Of a stretch of 64,000 bases of DNA, positions 10,018 through 17,333 are shown piece by piece (position 1 is the first letter of the stretch; each line of letters begins with the position of its first letter). Origin of the DNA: Methylococcaceae bacterium. Lineage in GTDB: Bacteria > Pseudomonadota > Gammaproteobacteria > Methylococcales > Methylomonadaceae. The stretch spans positions 16,710 to 80,709 of the forward strand of contig JAUYBL010000007.1 of NCBI GenBank assembly GCA_030693065.1, written 5' to 3'. Under the pieces are notes generated by a model, which was given only the letters and a program-made list of their open reading frames with translations, was not told the DNA's origin and did not search any database. The translations under genes were made by a program, and so were the position numbers.

Positions 10018-11118
10018 ATGTGGACTTCACTGCTTTTTGCCAGTGCGGCAGGCATGTTTCTAATGCCACTAATACCGGCCTTGCTTGAGCTAAGGCTCAA
10101 GCGCGATATCGAACCGGTGGCGGTAGATCAGGCCAACGCCGGCAACATCGATTATTTCGCGGAAAGTTTCCAAACCTTCATCACCGATGCGATTGATGAC
10201 TATCAATCGGGAAAGACCGATCGTCTAGTGCCGCAAAATTATTCTCTTTATGAGCTCGACAGTCATTTTCAGCCGACGGAGATCGAAGCAAAGCAAGCAA
10301 TCGCCGATAGACTCATAGTCGGTTTTGGTGAGTTGTTTTTGCCTGCGGGTTTTAATTTCAATCAGGAAATATTCGGCAAAAGGAACGTTAACAGCGGCGA
10401 AAACTGCCGCTTGCGCTCTGTTTTGGCACTGGAGAAACTGGTGCTGGGCAAAAATACCCAGCTTTTACGCTGGGCGCACGCCCGTAACATTTTCGCCGCC
10501 AGCGGCTGCGTATTACTGGGTAGAGTGTCTGCAGAAGCCGAGTTTCGCCTGCAACCCTATTGCCAATTTGCCCGTATCAATGCCAATCCGATTTTTGTGG
10601 ATAGCGGCAATGATGTGGATGTTTTGTGTCAGGCATCTAAGCAGTCAAAAACACCTGTCGTAGCGCTTCAATACTTTGTCGATTCCGCCGGACGAGTGAT
10701 GCTGAACAACAACCTGGATTTCCCGGAACACGGAAGTTGGCAGGGCGATATGGTGATTAAGGGCGATGCGTTGATACGCAGAGGCGCTTATATCTCCGGC
10801 AGTTTGAAAGTGTACGGTAATGTTCTGATTGAGCCGGGCGTTGAGATTCTGGGCGCTATTATCAGCAATAAAACGCTAACAATTGCCAGCGATTGCTTGC
10901 TCAACGGCCCGCTGGTCGCTGAGCAAGTCATTGAGATCGATAGCCGCTGCCGTATCGGCAGGTCTGGGGTGCCGAGCACCGTCACTGCGCCGATCATTCG
11001 AATCGCATCTGGAACCCGTGTGTATGGCAGTCTTTGGGCCAGAGAACGCGGCGAAATCGTAGACTCTCTTTCTAACGGCCAACGCGCCGCCCACACTAAC
11101 TCTAAACATCTGAGTTAG
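10018..11118 (+). CDS. Membrane-anchored bactofilin-domain (DUF583, beta-helix) protein, a putative accessory subunit of the GT2 synthase.
   Basis: Starts 2 nt after the synthase stop. An N-terminal hydrophobic helix (MWTSLLFASAAGMFLMPLIPALLEL), then a C-terminal ~110-aa region with the bactofilin-like repeat pattern (IKGDALIRRGAYISGSLKVYGNVLIEPGVEILGAIISNKTLTIASDCLLNGPLVAEQVIEIDSRCRIGRSG). Confidence 0.55.
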   Translation: MWTSLLFASAAGMFLMPLIPALLELRLKRDIEPVAVDQANAGNIDYFAESFQTFITDAIDDYQSGKTDRLVPQNYSLYELDSHFQPTEIEAKQAIADRLIVGFGELFLPAGFNFNQEIFGKRNVNSGENCRLRSVLALEKLVLGKNTQLLRWAHARNIFAASGCVLLGRVSAEAEFRLQPYCQFARINANPIFVDSGNDVDVLCQASKQSKTPVVALQYFVDSAGRVMLNNNLDFPEHGSWQGDMVIKGDALIRRGAYISGSLKVYGNVLIEPGVEILGAIISNKTLTIASDCLLNGPLVAEQVIEIDSRCRIGRSGVPSTVTAPIIRIASGTRVYGSLWARERGEIVDSLSNGQRAAHTNSKHLS

Positions 11119-11122
11119 TCCG

Positions 11123-13051
11123 ATGCAATTTATTAACCCTACCCAAATCATGAGTGATAGTTCTTTCGAGCCAAGCTCGTCGACGCCTGATACAGTCCGT
11201 CCTTCAACAGGTCGAACTGTATTTAAAGGCCGGGTTAATCGTTTGCTGATGGTATTGCTAATCTGCTTTAATCCGACGAACTCCGAGGCCGAACCCTTAA
11301 AGTTGGACGGCTATCAGCAGCTGGATGGCGCTATCACTATTTTTCACAATGGCGATAACGTCGACCCTTATTTTGCCGGTAAAGCCTTGTTGGCAGCGCT
11401 GGACGCGGGCATGGATATAAGAGCCGTAGCCTACTCATGGATAGCCTGGGGCTTGCAACATCAGCGCCAGGATGGTGGTTTCGATAGATTTTGCCGCAAA
11501 AATGGCAATTGGAGCGCTTGCGCAGCTGCGGATGCTGATGACTCGGCCACCGCGGTATGGATTGAGTTGTTGGTCAAACTAGCTCCAGACGCCGGGATGC
11601 CGCCGATCTGGTTGGAGAGCCTTAAGCGCGCGCACCAATTACTGGAAAGCCTGAAAGATCAGAATAGTCGTGTTTACTTCATCTCAGCCAAGCAACCGGT
11701 TGGGTTATTGATGGACAATGTCGAAGTCTATACAGCGTTATCGGCATTGAGTCATTTTAAGGAAAAAACCGGCGAACCCGTGCAGGCCAAGCTATTAGCA
11801 GCCCAAGCAGATGCGTTGGCGAGCGATATTGTCCAAGTGTTTTGGCAGCCTTGCAGCAGCAGCTTCAGGGTCTCAACCCAAATGCTCACCCAGCCCGGTT
11901 TTTATCCCGATAAGGTCGCGGAAATTTTTCCGATTTTGGCGCAAATGCCGGTTCCCGGTCGCGATCACGTCGCGTTTTTTCGGCAATGGTTAAGCGTTAA
12001 TCGCGGGACTTGGTTCCGTCAGGCCAGTATCGATTTTCCGTGGGGATTGGTAGCGATTGCGGCTAGCCAGCTCAAGGAATACGAAAGTGTAAATTGCTGG
12101 CTGGCGTTAGCTGCACCATTGCGCCACGGTAGTCATTGGAATGTGCTTGAGGAGGCAGCGTACGAGTCCCTTTACAGCAATAATCCTCATCCAGCATCGT
12201 GTCAGGTGACAGACCCGCAAAAAAAATCGTCATTTTCTCTGGCAACTCCAGAGAATCTGCGGGCGGTTAAGTCGAATCAGCAGGCTCTGGAATTGCAATG
12301 GAATCCGGTTGCCAGTTCCAATCATGCAGTAGCCTACGAAATTTATCGCGATGGCAAATTTATTGCCACGAGTCGAGTTCCGTTTTATGTCGACAATGCC
12401 GTTGTAAGCTCCACTCGCTATAGCTATAGCGTCACAGCCTACGATGATTTTGGGCATATTTCCGATACTTCCCAAGCAGTTAGCTTAAACACCGTCGCAG
12501 GCCAATTTGCTACCGTGTATCTGGAGACCAAATCCAATCGAGTCAAAATCCACTTGCCGAACCAAGCGGGCGAAAACGATTTGCTGATGGAATCCGCTTG
12601 CCCGCATTTTCTGAAAAAAACGCTTAGTTTGGGTGATGCAACCCAGATTTCGGTGGCCTTTGCCGATGACAACGGGCTAATCGACGATAACCAGGGAAAA
12701 AATTACTTGCTGACCGCTGGTTTAACCACTATCGGGCGAGGCACTGTCAATGTTGCAACCAATCCTTGTCTGGATCGAGAGGCTCCGGGAACTCCGAGTA
12801 ATTTGAAACAAGTTAGTGTAGATCGGCATTCGGTCAACATTGCTTGGACTGCAGCGAACGACAATCAAGCAGTGACGAGTTATTTGGTGCTGCGTAACGG
12901 CGCCGAAATTGGTGAAACCACGCAAACTCAATTTTCTGATAACTGTGTAGCGCCCAAGGCAACCCAACAGTATCAGGTGCGCGCGTTGGATTCCTCTGGC
13001 AATCAATCGGCCGAAAGCCTGCCATTGCTCGTGACCATTCCGAATGAGTAA
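11123..13051 (+). CDS. Secreted protein: N-terminal alpha-helical (probably (alpha/alpha)-barrel glycoside-hydrolase-like) domain plus two C-terminal fibronectin type III domains.
   Basis: A signal-like segment (LLMVLLICFNPTNSEA). Two FN3 units (PENLRAVKSNQQALELQWNPVAS..YEIYRDGKF..YSYSVTAYDDFG; PGTPSNLKQVSVDRHSVNIAWTAAND..YLVLRNGAEIG..YQVRALDSSGN). The exact start is uncertain. Confidence 0.55.
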   Translation: MQFINPTQIMSDSSFEPSSSTPDTVRPSTGRTVFKGRVNRLLMVLLICFNPTNSEAEPLKLDGYQQLDGAITIFHNGDNVDPYFAGKALLAALDAGMDIRAVAYSWIAWGLQHQRQDGGFDRFCRKNGNWSACAAADADDSATAVWIELLVKLAPDAGMPPIWLESLKRAHQLLESLKDQNSRVYFISAKQPVGLLMDNVEVYTALSALSHFKEKTGEPVQAKLLAAQADALASDIVQVFWQPCSSSFRVSTQMLTQPGFYPDKVAEIFPILAQMPVPGRDHVAFFRQWLSVNRGTWFRQASIDFPWGLVAIAASQLKEYESVNCWLALAAPLRHGSHWNVLEEAAYESLYSNNPHPASCQVTDPQKKSSFSLATPENLRAVKSNQQALELQWNPVASSNHAVAYEIYRDGKFIATSRVPFYVDNAVVSSTRYSYSVTAYDDFGHISDTSQAVSLNTVAGQFATVYLETKSNRVKIHLPNQAGENDLLMESACPHFLKKTLSLGDATQISVAFADDNGLIDDNQGKNYLLTAGLTTIGRGTVNVATNPCLDREAPGTPSNLKQVSVDRHSVNIAWTAANDNQAVTSYLVLRNGAEIGETTQTQFSDNCVAPKATQQYQVRALDSSGNQSAESLPLLVTIPNE

Positions 13052-13230
13052 ACAGGCCAGGAGCTGTGTAAATCCGACTCGATTACCTGCTTGTCCAATT
13101 TTTGCAGCAAGCGCCGCAAGTAGGCATAAATAACAGACAACATGACATAAGTGTCAGGCTTAATGACATCGCTGGTTGTCAGCGCCGTTTAATTTTTTTT
13201 AAGTATCTGTATTTAATAGAGTTATATCGT

Positions 13231-13246
13231 TGGCACTCAACTTGCT
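13231..13246 (+). promoter_or_regulatory. Sigma-54 (RpoN) promoter, -24/-12 elements.
   Basis: TGGCACtcaacTTGCT is a perfect match to the TGGCAC-N5-TTGCW consensus with correct GG-N10-GC spacing. It lies 40 nt upstream of the small ORF at 13286 and about 270 nt upstream of the CE4-like gene. Confidence 0.6.
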
Positions 13247-13285
13247 TTAACATCTTTTGATTACTGTTTTATTAATGGAAGTATC

Positions 13286-13510
13286 GTGACCCCTTCAAAG
13301 AAAAAATTGAAATTGTTCAGATCTGCACTCGCACAGATCCTATATGTAAATAATGCTCAAGCTTCAAATTTTCCAGGTGGTTTTACCGACTTTCAAAATG
13401 ACGTAAATGGCGTTGAATATTCTGTTCAAGCTAAGAATTGGCTTCCAAGTGGCGCCGCCAGTGGTGCTGATGCTGGCTTGCGAAATTCCTTACTCGAACC
13501 ATTGAGATAA
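13286..13510 (+). CDS. Possible small secreted protein (74 aa, GTG start) translationally coupled to the downstream CE4-like gene.
   Basis: N-terminus KKKLKLFRSALAQILYVNNAQA resembles a signal peptide. The stop TAA abuts the ATG of the next gene (GAGATAATTATG). It lies directly downstream of the sigma-54 promoter. Confidence 0.3.
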   Translation: MTPSKKKLKLFRSALAQILYVNNAQASNFPGGFTDFQNDVNGVEYSVQAKNWLPSGAASGADAGLRNSLLEPLR

Positions 13511-13512
13511 TT

Positions 13513-15351
13513 ATGTTTTTAATTCGATGGATCATTTTATTAGCAATATTGACACTAACTGTGGTCAAAGGTTTCGACGGCATACCTGCTCTGAGCGATC
13601 TACGCCAAGAAAAACTGGCGCTAGCGCTGCTAGTTCCTGATGAAGCCAATCTTGATGATCCTAAATTGACCGCCTGGCTGGATGCCGCAAGTGAGCAGGG
13701 CGTCAAACTGGATGTGTTGACTGCCAGCCAATTTCTCCGGCCTTATCCATTCAGTCTGTCCAGATATGCCGGGGTAATTCTACCGGACTCGATTCATAAG
13801 ATGATGAGTGAGACCTTGATCGGCGGCGTGCATGATTATGTCAGTTCGGGCGGTAAGCTTATGTTGGTGTTTGATGCGGGCACTTTATTGCCTCCAAATC
13901 AAACCTATGCCCAAGGACAATCGCTGTTTTCCGATCTAGTCGGCGTCAATTACGCGATGTATGACACCTTAGGCGATAAAACCATTGCCATGTCCGAGGT
14001 GTTTGGTGAGCAAGTCGCGTTTATTTCGCTACACGTGCCACCGGGAAAGTTTTCTGCTTCCCAAAGCGGCAATCCGCAATTGATGAGCTTATCGGGTTAC
14101 CAAAACGACAGTGTTGAGTATTCGTATTTTGTTACAGACACACAGTTTTCCGGCAAAACCTTATTATCCGGGAAGGGCAATAAGGTGATTGCGAGTGTTA
14201 ATACTTTCGGCACCGGTCAGGTGTTATTTATTAATTTGCCGCTTGGCTATCTGAAAAATCGCACCGACGGTGTATTGCTAAATGGATTCATGCATTATTT
14301 TTCAGAAAATATCGTCAAGCTACCCACATTATCTTCAGTTCCCGACGGGCTTGGTGGATTGATTGTCAATTTACATATTGATTCAAACGCTAATTTGCCG
14401 GGCTTGATCGCCCTAAAAAAGAAATCCAAGTTTTTTAATTACGGACCTTATTCAGTGCATATCACCTCCGGCCCTGATGTAAATGTTGAAGGCGATGGCT
14501 TGGGGTTCAATCTCTCGAAAAACAAAGAGGCCGCGGAATGGGTGCGTTTTTTCCAAAAACGCGGTGACCAAATCGGTAGCCATGGCGGCTGGATACATAA
14601 TTATTTCGGTGAATTTGTCACCGACGCTAATCAAGATTTATTTACTCCGCTGCTGGAAAAAAATAAACAAGCGCTCGAGGCTATTCTCAATCACCCGGTA
14701 AACGAATACTCGGCCCCCATGGGGAATCATCCGGATTGGGTCACCAAGTGGTTGGATAATCAGAATATTGGCAGTTATTACTTTACCGGCGATATCGGTT
14801 CAGGTCCGACCAAATCTTATCGTGATGAAGCCAGACCGGCAGGCAAAGCCTGGGCATTCCCAGTTTTGACCATGGGTAAGCACGCCTCCTTCGAAGAAAT
14901 GCATGAAAGTCGGGTTGAAGAAAAAATTATCGACCAATGGCTAAATGCCGTATCAACGTTTACCGCTGACAATCGAGTTGCCAGACTTATATATTTTCAC
15001 CCTCCCGGTATTCTCGATTATCCAAGTGCTATCGATAACTGGCTGACAAATTCCGATCAACTTAATAAATCGGGCCGTTTTAATTGGTACACCATGTCTG
15101 ATATTGCCAAATTCTTAGATGAAAGAGAAAAAACGGCATGGAATATTAATCGTGTCGATAATGGCCAAGTAGTTTTGTCTGCCGAAAATATAAACTCCTT
15201 AGCGCATATGACTTGGTTATTACCAAAATCAGCTTATGAAAATCCGGAAATATTATCCGGAAATGTAAATATTTCTCAAGATGACAAATATTTAATTATT
15301 CGGGCTATCGATGGAAAAAGTTTAAAGGTTAATTTGCGAAGCAGCTTGTAA
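13513..15351 (+). CDS. Secreted or membrane-anchored two-domain protein with a C-terminal divergent CE4 (NodB-homology) polysaccharide-deacetylase-like domain.
   Basis: N-terminal signal/anchor. Candidate CE4 motifs: H-I-D (VNLHIDSN), H-x4-H as in PgaB (GSHGGWIH), an RxPYG-like EYSAPMGN, and a late YFHPPG. It is paralogous over its whole length to the C-terminal 760 aa of the 17334 gene. Confidence 0.5.
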   Translation: MFLIRWIILLAILTLTVVKGFDGIPALSDLRQEKLALALLVPDEANLDDPKLTAWLDAASEQGVKLDVLTASQFLRPYPFSLSRYAGVILPDSIHKMMSETLIGGVHDYVSSGGKLMLVFDAGTLLPPNQTYAQGQSLFSDLVGVNYAMYDTLGDKTIAMSEVFGEQVAFISLHVPPGKFSASQSGNPQLMSLSGYQNDSVEYSYFVTDTQFSGKTLLSGKGNKVIASVNTFGTGQVLFINLPLGYLKNRTDGVLLNGFMHYFSENIVKLPTLSSVPDGLGGLIVNLHIDSNANLPGLIALKKKSKFFNYGPYSVHITSGPDVNVEGDGLGFNLSKNKEAAEWVRFFQKRGDQIGSHGGWIHNYFGEFVTDANQDLFTPLLEKNKQALEAILNHPVNEYSAPMGNHPDWVTKWLDNQNIGSYYFTGDIGSGPTKSYRDEARPAGKAWAFPVLTMGKHASFEEMHESRVEEKIIDQWLNAVSTFTADNRVARLIYFHPPGILDYPSAIDNWLTNSDQLNKSGRFNWYTMSDIAKFLDEREKTAWNINRVDNGQVVLSAENINSLAHMTWLLPKSAYENPEILSGNVNISQDDKYLIIRAIDGKSLKVNLRSSL

Positions 15352-15497
15352 AGCTTATCAAGTAAATTGGCATTCAATTACAAAATAACATTACTAATAA
15401 CCGATGAGCATAAATAAATTATTCGCGATCGGTTTTGGATATATTCAATATTTTTTTGTTACACCATTTATTTATGTTTTTATTATTTAGGAAGCGA

Positions 15498-16286
15498 ATG
15501 CGATACGGGATTCTCCTGCTCACGGCTTGTCAATTATGTACCCCATTGGCAGCCGCCGACGAACCTGCGCCTTTTCAAAAAAGCGGTTATGTGCAACTTG
15601 ATATTGGATATGCTGATTTGACAAATCATTTCCAAAACTGGTTTGACCAGTCTTTAAGGGGATATGCTCAGGTCACACCTAATGACGGAATCAATTGGGA
15701 AGTATCCCATCAGAGCCACTTTGCCGAACAGGGAGTGCTTGGCGCGCTAGGGTATCAACGCGTTTTTAATGACGAATGGTATGGCTCGATCAGTGCTTCG
15801 ACTAGTAGCGACGGGTCTTTTTTGCCGTTATACCGCACCGATGCGAATTTATACAAAAAGTGGTTGGATAGGCGAAATTTAGTGACTGGGGTCGGTTTTA
15901 CCTATAGCCAGAGCCGACTAAAAAATTATGATCGTATCGTTTCACTTGATCTTCTTTATTACTTCGACGCGCCATGGATACTCGAACTTGGGGGAAAGAT
16001 TGCTGAAAGTAATCCAGGGAGCGTGGCATCCCACCGAGGGTTTGCAGCGCTAACTTATGGTCAACATAAACATTATTATTTGACCGCGAAATTCGATTAT
16101 GGAACAGAGGGTTGGCAAGCAATCGGGGCAACACAAACAATTAGTAGTTTTGTTAGTCACGAAGCATCGCTCAATTTAAGAACATGGATTAGTAATGACT
16201 TCGGTTTTTCATTGACAACCAATCACTATTCAAATCCAAACTATAGCCGCACCGGAGTCATTGCCGGCATATTTGTCGATTTTTGA
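15498..16286 (+). CDS. Outer-membrane beta-barrel protein, YaiO-like.
   Basis: Signal peptide (MRYGILLLTACQLCTPLAAA), alternating amphipathic beta-strand pattern with Y/W/F girdles, and a C-terminal aromatic residue (..GIFVDF), the typical OMP terminus. Size (about 260 aa) and composition are consistent with the YaiO family. Confidence 0.45.
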   Translation: MRYGILLLTACQLCTPLAAADEPAPFQKSGYVQLDIGYADLTNHFQNWFDQSLRGYAQVTPNDGINWEVSHQSHFAEQGVLGALGYQRVFNDEWYGSISASTSSDGSFLPLYRTDANLYKKWLDRRNLVTGVGFTYSQSRLKNYDRIVSLDLLYYFDAPWILELGGKIAESNPGSVASHRGFAALTYGQHKHYYLTAKFDYGTEGWQAIGATQTISSFVSHEASLNLRTWISNDFGFSLTTNHYSNPNYSRTGVIAGIFVDF

Positions 16287-17089
16287 TCATGCCTGAGAAC
16301 GTTAAAAAACACTATAGGGATCTAACCGCGCTCAGCAAGCGGGGCGTACTTGGAGAGATTATTCCGGAACATCGGGCTTTATTTCGCTCCCATTTTTCCC
16401 GTCTAAATTGGCTGATTATCCTATTTCTGCCGATTCTATTTAATTATGTCGTTTTTGAATCAATGACCTTGATAAGTCAGATTTGGGCAACCTTGTTTGA
16501 GTTTTGGGTTGGGAAAATCGAGATACCGGGCAAGGTGCTGATGTTCGCTACAAACTTAGTAAACCGTGAACTTCTGTTACCTGAGTTATTTATCGTCACC
16601 TCGGCGCCGAGCGCTCAAGATTGGTGGCTATTAGCGCTAATAACCGTGGCTTTATTAGTGTTGATGTATTCCCTTCCAAAGTACTTAATGCCCTTGAGTT
16701 ATATCATTGGTTTTTTAGCGTTGATTATGTTGAGTTCGTTGATTTATTTCTCGATTATGCCGGCCAAGTTTTCTTATACGATTTCCGGCTATTTAAATAA
16801 TCTTACGGTTTCCGCTATTTGGTTGATGTTAGTAATTCCCTGGATTCATGCACTTATTTATTACATTTTCGATTTTTCTTTTTTTAAAAAGGGATTGTTA
16901 ACGACACTAACACTTGTTTTTATAATATTAGCTTTGCCTTTTCAGTTATTGGTTCAGGCGGTCATTCTTGTCAAATATTCAATTATTATGTTGCCGGTTT
17001 TAAATGTTTTTTTCGGATTATTTTTATTGATTCTCTGCTGTTTGTCTTTATATGGCTGGGCAATGAGTTGGGAGCGACATTCTCGATAG
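16283..17089 (+). CDS. Polytopic inner-membrane protein of unknown function (about 8 TM helices).
   Basis: Highly hydrophobic 268-aa ORF overlapping the stop of the OMP gene (ATGA). Confidence 0.45.
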   Translation: MIMPENVKKHYRDLTALSKRGVLGEIIPEHRALFRSHFSRLNWLIILFLPILFNYVVFESMTLISQIWATLFEFWVGKIEIPGKVLMFATNLVNRELLLPELFIVTSAPSAQDWWLLALITVALLVLMYSLPKYLMPLSYIIGFLALIMLSSLIYFSIMPAKFSYTISGYLNNLTVSAIWLMLVIPWIHALIYYIFDFSFFKKGLLTTLTLVFIILALPFQLLVQAVILVKYSIIMLPVLNVFFGLFLLILCCLSLYGWAMSWERHSR

Positions 17090-17140
17090 TAATAATTGAC
17101 GGTAATATTTTTTAAAAAGGTTTTGCTAAGAGTTGTATTT

Positions 17141-17167
17141 AATATAATCCCTATTAGGGATTATATT
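17141..17167. promoter_or_regulatory. Perfect 11-bp inverted repeat (AATATAATCCC-N5-GGGATTATATT), a candidate transcription-factor operator upstream of the 17334 gene.
   Basis: Seen directly in the AT-rich 245-nt gap between 17089 and 17334. Confidence 0.35.
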
Positions 17168-17333
17168 CTGCATTAGGAAATTATTAGAAGTGCGGCTATT
17201 GGCGAAGAAATGAGCTTTTTGTTTAATAACTGGAGCGCATATAAAAATCTATCAGTATTTTAATGACGATATTTGGCATGCGAGTATTGATAGTTAATTT
17301 TTCAATTTTTTTATTTCACTTTATGGATACATT

